Of a stretch of 64,000 nucleotides of DNA, positions 20,275 through 29,523 are shown one piece after another. A model generated the notes under the pieces. It searched no databases and was not told where the DNA came from. It was given only the letters and a program-made list of their open reading frames with translations. The position numbers and the translations under genes were made by a program. The DNA is taken from positions 8,800,001-8,864,000 of the forward strand of contig OZ244999.1 of the NCBI GenBank assembly GCA_965223265.1. Direction: 5' to 3'. The stretch comes from Planctomycetota bacterium. GTDB taxonomy: Bacteria; Planctomycetota; UBA8108; SXIK01. Within the stretch, counting starts at the first letter, position 1; each line of letters starts with the position of its first letter.

Positions 20275-20598
20275 ATGGGCTTTCTTGCTCTGGATCACAC
20301 TTTTGGCATCGTTCGTCAACTGCGTCCCCTGGTCTCGAGCATCCGTCGTCACGACTCGAAGCTGGCCAATCAGCTGCGCGATGCCGGTTCGTCTGTGGCG
20401 CTCACCCTCGGCGAGGGCAATCGGCGTCAGGGGCGTGACCGCGGGCATCTTTGGCGCGTTGCTTCGGGCAGCGCCGAAGAGGTGCGCACGGCGCTTCGCG
20501 TTGCTGAAGCTTGGGGCTACATCGACCAAGCCGAGGCTGCTGCGGTGCTCACGGACATCGATGAGCTGCAGGCGATGCTTTGGAAGTTGACGCGCTGA
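20275..20598 (+). CDS. Four-helix-bundle protein (23S rRNA intervening-sequence protein / Avd-like family), 107 aa
   Basis: QLRDAGSSVALTLGEG and VASGSAEEV match the family pattern Q.RRAA.S...N..EG / A.GS..E. GGAGG RBS at 20265. Confidence 0.85.
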   Translation: MGFLALDHTFGIVRQLRPLVSSIRRHDSKLANQLRDAGSSVALTLGEGNRRQGRDRGHLWRVASGSAEEVRTALRVAEAWGYIDQAEAAAVLTDIDELQAMLWKLTR

Positions 20599-20629
20599 CG
20601 CGGGAGCTTTGGCCCGCCGTGCGCTATTT

Positions 20630-20793
20630 GGCGCGGCGGGTTTGACGGGGAGGCAGGGGCGGATACGGATACAGAGCCAGAGGCAGAAGCAGAGTCAGAA
20701 CCAGAGTCAGATACGGATACAGAGCCAGAGTCAGAATCAGAGTCAGATACGGATACGGAGTCGGAAGCAGACTACCACGCCCACGCTCACGCG
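20630..20793 (+). repeat. Leader motif copy 2 plus 18 degenerate GANNCR hexamers (20662-20769) and CACGCN x3
   Basis: GATACG GATACA GAGCCA GAGGCA GAAGCA GAGTCA GAACCA... with strict 6-nt phase. Confidence 0.9.
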
Positions 20794-20822
20794 CGTCGCT
20801 TCATTGGAAACGGCAAGAGCTT

Positions 20823-20848
20823 GCGCCCGCCGCGGATACGGCGGGCGC
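20823..20848 (-). terminator. GC-rich hairpin 3' of four-helix-bundle gene copy 2
   Basis: GCGCCCGCCG-cggata-CGGCGGGCGC. No clear U-tract. Confidence 0.55.
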
Positions 20849-20861
20849 GGGTGGCTCATGC

Positions 20862-21185
20862 TCAGCGGGTGAGCCCGCGAAGAAGTGCTAGCAGGCGATC
20901 GAGCGTCTTGAGCGGAGTGGTGACGTCTTCGTTCTTGAGAACGCCCCAGGCCAGGGCCAGTTGTAGCGCCGTTTCGACCTCGCGCGCACTGCCGCGCGCG
21001 ACGCGAAAGAGGTGCTGGCGATCTTTCCCGGAGCGCTCAGCGCCTTCCGAGAGGTTGAGCGCGACCGAGGAAGCAGCGCGCCGGATCTGCCGGTGCAGGT
21101 CGGGATCGAGCCGCCGAAGCCGCACCAAAGGAGCCCGCAGGTCGCCGATCAAACCGAGACTGACGTCGAGAGCGATGAAGCGCAT
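20862..21185 (-). CDS. Four-helix-bundle protein (23S IVP / Avd-like), 107 aa, copy 2
   Basis: QIRRAASSVALNLSEG and VARGSAREV. GGAGG RBS. Same length and same LTR C-terminal tripeptide as copy 1. Confidence 0.9.
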   Translation of the reverse strand: MRFIALDVSLGLIGDLRAPLVRLRRLDPDLHRQIRRAASSVALNLSEGAERSGKDRQHLFRVARGSAREVETALQLALAWGVLKNEDVTTPLKTLDRLLALLRGLTR

Positions 21186-21263
21186 GTGAAGCCTCCGAAG
21201 AAAAGGTGAGTCAAGAGCCGCCGCGTCCGATCGGCGGTACCTCACCCCCAATGCGGAGCGGAG

Positions 21264-21316
21264 GGACTGTCAAGAGCGCGAAGCGCCGAGCGCAGCGAGG
21301 GCACTCTTGACAGTCC
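21264..21316 (-). other. Conserved upstream hairpin, copy 2
   Basis: 13-bp perfect stem GGACTGTCAAGAG/CTCTTGACAGTCC around the same 27-nt core as 20155-20181. Confidence 0.85.
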
Positions 21317-21369
21317 TGAGCACGGCGTACCATCGACACAACCGCCGTACGGTAAACCGTGTCACAGCT

Positions 21370-21427
21370 CACACACGGTCACGGTCCACGGTCCACGCCC
21401 ACGCCCACGCAAACGCCCACGCAAACG
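21370..21427 (+). repeat. Degenerate CACGGT/CACGCC/AACGCC short tandem repeats
   Basis: Read directly. Confidence 0.8.
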
Positions 21428-21645
21428 GGAATCGGGAGGCCAGCACGGACCGCCAGCCCCGTCCACACACCGAATCTGCGGGCTTGTTTTGCTTCATGTC
21501 ACGGCGCGAGTCCACCAGGCAGCCTACTCTCTGCCTGCCCTGTTCAGCGCGAGGCACTTCTTCAAGCCTCTGCCTCGAAGTCCATGCCTTCCGTTGCTCT
21601 CGTGGATGCCATGCGATACGATCTCGCTCCATGGGAGATCGCAGT

Positions 21646-22731
21646 ATGACCTCAGCGGCGCAGACATCGGCGACGATGCGTGCCGTGGTTTGTGTGGCGA
21701 ACGGCAAGACGGTTTTCGAGCGTCGAGCCGTTCCAATCCCGGCGCGTGGCGAGATTGTTCTACGCCTTCGCGCCTGCGGTCTTTGCGGCACCGATCTTTT
21801 CAAGCTCGCACATCGGAGCGTGCCGAGCGGTACTGTGCTCGGACACGAGGTCGTCGGTGTCGTCGACAACGTTGGCGAAGGTGTCGACCAATTCGAGCCG
21901 GGCGACCGCGTCGTCGTCCCGCATCACGTCGCTTGCGGGAAGTGTCGGTTGTGCCGGCTCGGTAGCGAGACGATGTGCGCGACGTTTCGTGAGAATTTGA
22001 TGGAACCGGGCGGCTTTAGCGAGCGCGTCCTCATCCGCGAGCGCGCCGTGCGCTTGGCGGCGCGTCGACTGCCTGCGAGTGTCAGCGACGCGGCGGCGGT
22101 GTTTATGGAGCCGGCCGCTTGTGTCCTTCGCGGTCTACGCCAAGCGTCGATCGGCCCGGTCGCTGGCGACGACGACCGGCCGCCGGTCGCGGTCATCGTC
22201 GGAGCTGGAAGCATGGGGCTCCTCCATTTGCTCGTCCTTCGTGCATGGCGGCCTGAGGTCAGAATCGTCGTTGTCGATCCGATCGCAGAGCGATGTGATC
22301 TGGCGCTCGAGCTCGGCGCTCAGGTGGCGGTCACTCCAGGGGAAGACGTCGCCCGTCGCGCGGTCGACGAGCAGAGCGGTGGGCTCGGAGCCGATGCAGC
22401 TTTTGATACTGCGGGAGGCCCAGGCACACTAAATACTAGCCTGTCGCTTCTTCGACCTGGTGGTTCGGCCGTCCTTTTCGCGCATGCGCCAGAGGGTGGT
22501 CCGGCGAACTTCGATCTCAACGAGCTCTTCAAGAACGAACAACGCGTGCTTGGGACCTATTCGGGGGGATTGACCGACCAGGCTGAAGTCTACGAAATGA
22601 TCGCGAGCGGTCGCCTCGACGCATCATGTTTGGTCACGCACTCTCTACCCCTCGAGCGCTTCGACGCGGCCGTCGATCTCGTCAGGCGACACGAGGCTCT
22701 GAAAGTGCTTCTGGTGGCTCAAGAAGGATAG
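21646..22731 (+). CDS. Zinc-dependent alcohol/polyol dehydrogenase (MDR)
   Basis: CGTD, GHE, CGKCRLC..C, GAGSMG. Confidence 0.9.
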   Translation: MTSAAQTSATMRAVVCVANGKTVFERRAVPIPARGEIVLRLRACGLCGTDLFKLAHRSVPSGTVLGHEVVGVVDNVGEGVDQFEPGDRVVVPHHVACGKCRLCRLGSETMCATFRENLMEPGGFSERVLIRERAVRLAARRLPASVSDAAAVFMEPAACVLRGLRQASIGPVAGDDDRPPVAVIVGAGSMGLLHLLVLRAWRPEVRIVVVDPIAERCDLALELGAQVAVTPGEDVARRAVDEQSGGLGADAAFDTAGGPGTLNTSLSLLRPGGSAVLFAHAPEGGPANFDLNELFKNEQRVLGTYSGGLTDQAEVYEMIASGRLDASCLVTHSLPLERFDAAVDLVRRHEALKVLLVAQEG

Positions 22732-22750
22732 CCGTATCGGGTCGCGTACC

Positions 22751-23797
22751 ATGGAACTACCGTCGACACAGCGAGTCGTGCACTTGCTTGGTCCCGAGCG
22801 CGTCGAGCTCAGGGACGTGACGCTGGACCAGCCCCGCGGCGGAGAGCTCCTCGTCCAGATTCAGGCCGCCACAACGTGCGGTACCGACGTCAAGGTGTTT
22901 CGTCGTGGAGGCCATCCGCGCATGCTCCAGGCACCGACGCCGTTCGGACATGAGTTCGCCGGCACGGTCGTAGCGCATGGCGAGCGGGCGAGGGAATGGC
23001 GTCTCGGCGATCGTGTCGTGGTGGCGAATTCTGCTCCCTGCGGGGACTGCGACTACTGCCAGTGCGGTCGGGAGAATCTGTGCCGAGATCTTAATTATCT
23101 CAACGGCGCGTTCGCTGAGTACTTGTTGATTCCCGAGCGCTTTGTTGCCCGCAACACTCACCTCCTGCCGGACGCTCTGCCCTTTGAGCGCGCCGCACTC
23201 GCGGAACCACTGGCGTGTGTTTTGCATGGCGTGGATGCCTGCGAGCTCAGCGGAGAAGAGGAGGTGCTGGTCTACGGCGGCGGTCCAATCGGGCTCCTGT
23301 TTGTTGCTGCGCTCGCCGATCGTGGTCACACCGTAGCCTTGGCCGACCCAAACGAACCTCGGCTCCGCGTTGCCAGGCAGATGGGAGCTGCACAGACCGT
23401 GCGCATTGAGCGTGGTGGTGGGCAAGCCGCTGCGGTGAGACAACACTGTTCGTGTCCCGACGGATTCGCCGTGGTGGTCGAGGCGACGGGGGTCCCCGCC
23501 GTGTGGGAGGACGCGCTGCAGTCGGCGCGACCGGGCGGACTCGTCAATCTGTTTGGCGGCTGCGCCCCGGGTACGACCGTGGAGCTTGACACGCATCTCC
23601 TCCACTATAGCGAACTGACGATCAAGGGCGTCTATCACCACCGTCCGGCGACGTTCAAGCGAGCTCTCGCGCTTCTGGCGAGCGGTACGTTCGACGTTTC
23701 GCCTCTTCTCAGTACCGAGCGACCGCTCGAAGAGCTCGATGCTGCGCTCCGCAGCATGATGGCAAAAGAGGCGCTCAAGGTCGTGATGCGCCCCTGA
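22751..23797 (+). CDS. Zinc-dependent alcohol/polyol dehydrogenase (MDR), second paralog
   Basis: CGTD, GHEFAG, CGDCDYC..C, GGGPIG. Confidence 0.9.
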   Translation: MELPSTQRVVHLLGPERVELRDVTLDQPRGGELLVQIQAATTCGTDVKVFRRGGHPRMLQAPTPFGHEFAGTVVAHGERAREWRLGDRVVVANSAPCGDCDYCQCGRENLCRDLNYLNGAFAEYLLIPERFVARNTHLLPDALPFERAALAEPLACVLHGVDACELSGEEEVLVYGGGPIGLLFVAALADRGHTVALADPNEPRLRVARQMGAAQTVRIERGGGQAAAVRQHCSCPDGFAVVVEATGVPAVWEDALQSARPGGLVNLFGGCAPGTTVELDTHLLHYSELTIKGVYHHRPATFKRALALLASGTFDVSPLLSTERPLEELDAALRSMMAKEALKVVMRP

Positions 23798-24020
23798 CCG
23801 GTTGCTTGCTAAAGCAGCTTGGCCAACCTTGAGCTAGCAGCTCTCTGAAAAACGGCGTCCCAGGTGAGGCTGTTGGTTGGAACCCCCTTCGTTTGCTTTG
23901 TTCGATCTCGAAACGAAGAGAGAAAGGAAGGACCGACGCGCGAAACGGACGCCAGAGGTAACAGCGGGGACGACTTACTTTGGCCTTCGGCTCATTAACC
24001 GCCCAGTCTATGAAACTAAG

Positions 24021-25151
24021 CTAAGCTTTCTCCGTGATGATCTCCGGCTCATAGTTGAGCTGCTGAAGATCCGCTGGAAGAAAGAGGCCGTCTTTACGCA
24101 CGAGTTCGTCGTCGAAGTAGATCTCTCCACCGCCGTAGTCAGGCCTCTGGATGGTCACTAGGTCCCAGTGAACCTGCGAGCGGTTGCCATTGTCCGCTTC
24201 TTCGTAGGCCTGGCCAGGTGTGAAGTGGAACGAACCGGCGATTTTCTCGTCGAAAAGGATGTCCATCATCGGATGCAAAATGCGTGGATTGAACCCGAGA
24301 GAAAACTCACCGATGTACCGCGCTCCCTCATCCGAATCCAAGACGTCGTTGATGCGTTTTGTCTCGTTCGCGGTTGCTTCGACAATCTTTCCCTTTTCAA
24401 AGGTTAGTCGAATCTGATCGAAAACGAAGCCGAGGTAAAGGCTCTGTGTGTTGACTGCCAGAGTGCCTTCAACTGAGTCGCGCACCGGGCAAGTAAACAT
24501 CTCGCCGTCAGGAATGTTTCGATCCCCTGCGCAGCCGACGACCGGTATGCCGTCGATCGAGAAGCGAAGATCGGTTCCAGGGCCGACGATTCGGACGTTG
24601 CGTGCAGCGGTCATTCGTTCCTGGAGTGGATTCATTGCTTCGGCCATCGCCGCGTAGTCGACCGTACAGACGTCAAAAAAGAAGTCTTCGAACGCTTCAG
24701 TGCTCATCTTGGCTTGTTGTGCCATCGAAGCGGTCGGCCACCTGAGGACGACCCATTTCGTCCGCGGCACACGCACTTCCATGTGCACTGGATGCATGAG
24801 ATGCTTCATGTAGATCTGCATCTTTTCCGAGGGGATGTCAGAGAACTCGGTGGCGTTGTGGCTGCCGCGGACGCCGACGTACGCTTGCATGCCTTCCATC
24901 AGATGCCGCTCGACCTCACCCCAGAACTGCAGCTGTTCCACCGTGGCTGAACGGTAGATCTCCCGAAGCACCCGATTCTGTTTGGTCACGCAGATCGGCA
25001 GCCCGCCGGCCTCTACGACGGTGCGAACGAGGAGAGCGGAAAACTCTTCCGGAATGTCGAACGTTTCGATGAGGACTCGCTCTCCCGCCTGCACGCAGCA
25101 GGAGTGGTGGACGATGAGCTGCGCCAGTTTTTCTTGTCTCGGATCAGCCAC
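24021..25151 (-). CDS. Aminopeptidase, M29 (AmpS/AmpT) family
   Basis: NIPDGE, IGEFSLG, DEKIAGSFH, NRSQVHWD. Confidence 0.92.
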   Translation of the reverse strand: MADPRQEKLAQLIVHHSCCVQAGERVLIETFDIPEEFSALLVRTVVEAGGLPICVTKQNRVLREIYRSATVEQLQFWGEVERHLMEGMQAYVGVRGSHNATEFSDIPSEKMQIYMKHLMHPVHMEVRVPRTKWVVLRWPTASMAQQAKMSTEAFEDFFFDVCTVDYAAMAEAMNPLQERMTAARNVRIVGPGTDLRFSIDGIPVVGCAGDRNIPDGEMFTCPVRDSVEGTLAVNTQSLYLGFVFDQIRLTFEKGKIVEATANETKRINDVLDSDEGARYIGEFSLGFNPRILHPMMDILFDEKIAGSFHFTPGQAYEEADNGNRSQVHWDLVTIQRPDYGGGEIYFDDELVRKDGLFLPADLQQLNYEPEIITEKA

Positions 25152-25240
25152 GTCGTATCTCCAGATCTTGAGAGTTCGTCTGGCACAGAAGATCGCCAGG
25201 CTTCGCGACGCCGACAGATCGGCGCCATGGTACGGACAAT

Positions 25241-26533
25241 CTATTCGACGCCGACCTCATCCGCAATTCGCTGCGGCTGCCACGGACCTGAGTCCGGACT
25301 TTCGAGCCGTCTTCGAGCGGTGCAGCTGGCGGCGAGTGTTTTGACCTCAGGCCGCTCCTGCATGTCCTCTGGAAGCATGGCGAGGTGTTCGAGCGCGGTC
25401 TCGAACCGTTCGAGTTGAGCCAGACACTCTCCGAGTCGCAGTCGTGCCATAGCGAAGGTCGGGGCGATGGCGAGGCAGGATCTCAGATGTGGCACGGCTT
25501 CCTCTACGCGGTCTGTTCGCGCGCATTGGAGGGCAAGGTCGTAGCGAAGGTCGGGATAGCCGGGCCGAAGAGTCACCGCCTGCGCGAGATGGTGTTCGGC
25601 ACGGATTTCGTCGCCGTTGGCGCTATAGAGGTGCGCCAATTGCTCGTGCGCACGGGCGTAGTTCCCGTCGCACTCGAGCGCTTTCTTGAGCCAACGTGCG
25701 GCGCGATGATGGTGTCCGCTGAGAAACTCCATCCAACCAAGGAGGGTCGCAAAAGGTGCAAAGCGCGGATCGTGCGCAAGCATCTTCTGCAGCTCTGCTG
25801 TGGCCTCCCGAGTCTTCCCCGACATATACAGCCATCGCGCGGTCTCGCAGTGGATCTCGGCGAAGCCAGGCAGTGTCGAGACCGACTCGATTTCGGCCAC
25901 GAAGCGCTCGACGTCTAGTGCCGCGGATTCTTTGACTCCAAGTCGCTCGTAGGAGTCGACGCTGCCACCCTGGGCTCGCGCGCTGTGGAGCAACCACCGC
26001 TGTGCTTCTCGCAGGCGTTCTTCTTGGCAAAGGAGGTACGCGCCCCAGTGGCGAGGCAACGGATGATTCGCATCGAGTTGCGCCGAATGATAGATCGCGT
26101 CCCAGGCGGCGCTCCTCCGTCCATGAAGATAGCAGAGTCGAGCCATGTCGACGAAACGTCGTACGGGATCGTCCGATCCCTTCGCGATGCTCGCCATCAG
26201 GTCGACGGCGCCGAGAAAATCTTCTGACGCAAGAGCGAACGCCAGGTTTGTGCGCGCCTGCTCGTAGCGGGAGTTGCGAGATAGCGCCGCGATGAAGTCT
26301 TTCTTCGCGCCACTGACGTCACCCATGTGCAGCTTTAGGATGCCGCGTCGATTGAGGAGGTCCGGATATGACGGAGTTTGCGCGAGCAAGCCTTCGATTT
26401 CGGCCAAATACTCGGCGTATAAATCGCGGCTGCTGGTGCGTTCGGCTTGGATCTCGTCGCGGTTGGACATCGGAGAGTCGAATCTTTTCACGCCGTTGGT
26501 CGGAAGCGTCCAGGGGGACGACTCCATCTCCAT
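25241..26533 (-). CDS. Tetratricopeptide repeat protein
   Basis: Repeated TPR-like helices (PSYPDLLNRRG, PGYPDLRYDLA). Start uncertain. Confidence 0.8.
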   Translation of the reverse strand: MEMESSPWTLPTNGVKRFDSPMSNRDEIQAERTSSRDLYAEYLAEIEGLLAQTPSYPDLLNRRGILKLHMGDVSGAKKDFIAALSRNSRYEQARTNLAFALASEDFLGAVDLMASIAKGSDDPVRRFVDMARLCYLHGRRSAAWDAIYHSAQLDANHPLPRHWGAYLLCQEERLREAQRWLLHSARAQGGSVDSYERLGVKESAALDVERFVAEIESVSTLPGFAEIHCETARWLYMSGKTREATAELQKMLAHDPRFAPFATLLGWMEFLSGHHHRAARWLKKALECDGNYARAHEQLAHLYSANGDEIRAEHHLAQAVTLRPGYPDLRYDLALQCARTDRVEEAVPHLRSCLAIAPTFAMARLRLGECLAQLERFETALEHLAMLPEDMQERPEVKTLAASCTARRRLESPDSGPWQPQRIADEVGVE

Positions 26534-26650
26534 CGGAACATGGCGCCCAAAGATGAAGGCACAGGCACACGCAGGGGTCGTCGGTGAGGTTTATCAGCCC
26601 TGCCGGGCGAATCTCGCGGTGCCCGACACGTCCCGGTAAAGATAGTTGCT

Positions 26651-27628
26651 CTATGTGCGCTCGATCGGGAAGGGTAGGACGTCGTCGATGTGGTTGGCGC
26701 CCGAGAGCAACATCAAAAGGCGGTCCAATCCCAGAGCCACGCCCGACGCTTCCGGCATTCCTTGCTCGAGCGCTCGAAGGAAATTCTCCGGTAGCGACAA
26801 AGCGTCTTTGCCTTGACGCTCGCGTTCCTCGTTGGCGGCAATGAATCGGCGTCGCTGCTCGACGGGATCTGTCAGTTCGCGATAGCCGTTCGCTACTTCG
26901 ATCCCATCGATGAAGAGTTCGAAACGTTCCGCCACTCTCGGGTCGCGAGGTGATTGTCGTGCCAAGGCGGCTTGGGACACCGGGTACTCAGTCACAAACG
27001 TCGCTCCCTGCCGACGCAGTTCAGGCTGGACGAGCTCTGAGAGGATCAGATCAAGCCACGCGTCTCTGGGTTGCTCTGTAAAGGAAGATGAAACGTCGAT
27101 ACCTCTCGTCTCGGCGAGTCGCGTCAGCGCCGTGACGTCAGCCGTCAGCGGATCGAGACCGGTGATCTGGAGAAACAGTTCGCTGTACGTTTGACGTGTG
27201 GTCGCCTCGAGGGTGCGTGGAGACCTCAAGCGCTCAGCCACGAACCCGACGTAGGCACCCACCTCGCTCATGAGCTGATCGACGCCGAAATCGGGGCGAT
27301 ACCACTCGAGGAGAGTGAACTCGGGGCTGTGAAGGCGTCCCCGCTCGCCGCTGCGGAAAGCCCGGGTGATCTGGTAGATCGCTCCGGTGCTGCCAACCAG
27401 CAAGCGCTTCATGCAGAGCTCGGGTGAGGTCATCAAGGAGAAGTCGTCAGACCCGTGTGTCGGCGACGCACCGATGGCACGACCCGAAACCGCGATCGGA
27501 TCGATGTGAGCGTCGACGGCTCCTTCGCGGCAAAGAACCGGCGTCTCGACTTCGAGCACACCGCGAGCAGCGAAGAACTCTCTGGATGCGGCGAGTAAGT
27601 CTGCCCGGCGCCGAAGAGCGTCGATCAT
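26651..27628 (-). CDS. epmA: EF-P lysine aminoacylase EpmA (GenX/PoxA)
   Basis: EVETP, TSPELCMKRLL, HSPEFTLLEWY, ERFELFIDGIE, GVALGLDRL. Directly downstream of efp. Confidence 0.93.
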   Translation of the reverse strand: MIDALRRRADLLAASREFFAARGVLEVETPVLCREGAVDAHIDPIAVSGRAIGASPTHGSDDFSLMTSPELCMKRLLVGSTGAIYQITRAFRSGERGRLHSPEFTLLEWYRPDFGVDQLMSEVGAYVGFVAERLRSPRTLEATTRQTYSELFLQITGLDPLTADVTALTRLAETRGIDVSSSFTEQPRDAWLDLILSELVQPELRRQGATFVTEYPVSQAALARQSPRDPRVAERFELFIDGIEVANGYRELTDPVEQRRRFIAANEERERQGKDALSLPENFLRALEQGMPEASGVALGLDRLLMLLSGANHIDDVLPFPIERT

Positions 27629-27650
27629 CCGGCTCGAACTGCCGGCACCG

Positions 27651-28226
27651 TCAGGATTTGACTTTGACCCGCTCGACATACTCGCCGGTGCGCGTGTCGA
27701 CCTTGATGAAATCGCCCTGGTTGATGAAGAGCGGAACACCAACTTCCGCTCCGGTTTCGAGGGTCGCCGGTTTCATCACGTTGGTTGCCGTGTTGCCGCG
27801 AGCTCCTGGCTCGCAGTATGTGATCTCCAGGACGACATGGTTCGGAGGCGTCACGGAAATGGGCCTTTCGTTCCAGAACACCACGTCGACCATGGTGCCG
27901 TCCTTGAGCCAGTTGTACGAGTCTGCCAACATGTCGCGGCCAAGTTCGTACTGCTCGAAACTCTCCGGATCCATGAAGTACCAGGTCTTTGAGTCGTTGT
28001 AGAGGTACTGGAGTCTCGATTCACTGACGTCCGCCGCGTCGATCTTATCGCCGCTGCGATAGGTGCGGTCGAGCACGTTCCCGCGAAGCAGGTTCTTAAG
28101 CTTCGTGCGATAGACGGCTTGTCCCTTACCGGGCTTCATGAACTCCGTCTCGACCATGAGGTATGGCTCGTTGTCGATGAGGACCTTGATGCCCTTCTTG
28201 AACTGGCTGGTGTTGTAGGTGGCCAT
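27651..28226 (-). CDS. efp: Elongation factor P
   Basis: KPGKGQA loop, KPATLETG, VDTRTGEY. Confidence 0.97.
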   Translation of the reverse strand: MATYNTSQFKKGIKVLIDNEPYLMVETEFMKPGKGQAVYRTKLKNLLRGNVLDRTYRSGDKIDAADVSESRLQYLYNDSKTWYFMDPESFEQYELGRDMLADSYNWLKDGTMVDVVFWNERPISVTPPNHVVLEITYCEPGARGNTATNVMKPATLETGAEVGVPLFINQGDFIKVDTRTGEYVERVKVKS

Positions 28227-28415
28227 CGGTTTTACGGTGCTCGTCGTCGCTCTAGTGACTTGTCCATCACTTGCCCCGGATTGTCGGGGCGCCATGATAC
28301 TCCGTTGACTACAATTGTCCCAGCGATTTCGCTCTTCGACAGACTGTTCGGCGTGCCAGGACGCTGTGCAGTGGCGATCTCGCTGGCCGCTGAGAACTAT
28401 CTCGACGAGACCGCC

Positions 28416-29423
28416 GTGAATCTTTCGATTTCTACTGAAACGACGACGACCAATTGGAAGAGCGCTCTGGCCGACGCGATTCGCGACCCTGACCAGCTCA
28501 TCGCGCGTCTCGGACTCCCTGACACTTTGCGTTCAGCGGCGCGCCGAGCCGCCCAAGACTTTCCACTGGTCGTGCCGCAAAGCTTTCTCGCGCGTATGCG
28601 CTTTGGCGATCCAGAGGACCCACTGCTGCGCCAAGTCCTACCGCTGCAGGCCGAGACGGAGTGGACCGCAGGCTTTTCGGAGGATCCCGTGGGTGATGCC
28701 GCTGCGGAGCGGGCACCCGGTCTTCTTCACAAGTACCACGGTCGCGCCCTCTTGGTCGTGTCGGGGAAGTGCGCGATCAACTGTCGCTACTGTTTTCGAC
28801 GCCACTATCCCTACGAGCAAGTACCGCGGTCGATGGCGGCCTGGCAGCCGGCGATCGACGCCATCTTGGCAGACAATTCGGTGGCCGAAGTCATCCTTAG
28901 TGGCGGGGATCCACTTGTGCTCACCGACGCCGTCCTTGAACGTTTGATCGATGCGCTCGAATCGATTCCTCACGTGCGGCGCTTACGGATCCATTCGCGA
29001 CTGCCCATCGTGTTGCCGGAGCGGGTCACCCTCGAGCTCTGCCAGCTGCTCGCTAAGACCAAACTGACGTGCGTCTTCGTCCTGCATTCCAATCACGCTG
29101 CTGAGCTCGTGGGTGACTGCGCGGCCGCGATCGTGCGTCTTGCCGATCATGGACTTCAGCTGCTCAACCAGGCGGTGCTACTACGCGGCGTGAACGATCG
29201 ACACGACGTGCTTCAGCGACTCTGTGAGCGATGCATCGAGCTGCGGATGATGCCTTACTACTTGCACCAGCTTGACCCTGTCGCGGGTGCCGCTCACTTC
29301 GCCGTTAGCGAAGCGGAAGGCAAGGAGCTGATAGAGCAGCTGCGGCGGACGCTTCCTGGTTACGCCGTGCCGCGGTTTGTGCGCGAAGTGCAGGGTGCTC
29401 CGAGCAAGACGTTGCTCGTGTGA
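28416..29423 (+). CDS. epmB: EF-P beta-lysylation protein EpmB (lysine 2,3-aminomutase family)
   Basis: DPLLRQ, GLLHKY, CAINCRYCFRR, LSGGDPL, PYYLHQLD. Divergent from efp. Confidence 0.93.
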   Translation: MNLSISTETTTTNWKSALADAIRDPDQLIARLGLPDTLRSAARRAAQDFPLVVPQSFLARMRFGDPEDPLLRQVLPLQAETEWTAGFSEDPVGDAAAERAPGLLHKYHGRALLVVSGKCAINCRYCFRRHYPYEQVPRSMAAWQPAIDAILADNSVAEVILSGGDPLVLTDAVLERLIDALESIPHVRRLRIHSRLPIVLPERVTLELCQLLAKTKLTCVFVLHSNHAAELVGDCAAAIVRLADHGLQLLNQAVLLRGVNDRHDVLQRLCERCIELRMMPYYLHQLDPVAGAAHFAVSEAEGKELIEQLRRTLPGYAVPRFVREVQGAPSKTLLV

Positions 29424-29523
29424 TTCGCGCGCCGTTGCGACCGTTCGATTCGGCGCAGGAAGCGGTATCCCGACTCCTGCATTCGGCGTGAATCCGAGCG
29501 AACGTTCCGCCTCACGTGCTCGC

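Noticed and set aside
19522-20438. ORFs encoding poly-RQ, RD, LC, SV and SL dipeptides
   Set aside because: By-products of a stop-free hexamer repeat open in all frames, with no convincing RBS or domain. Translation cannot be strictly excluded.
19731-21430. Diversity-generating retroelement
   Set aside because: Avd-like genes are present, but no reverse transcriptase and no TR/VR pair differing at adenines was found in the window.
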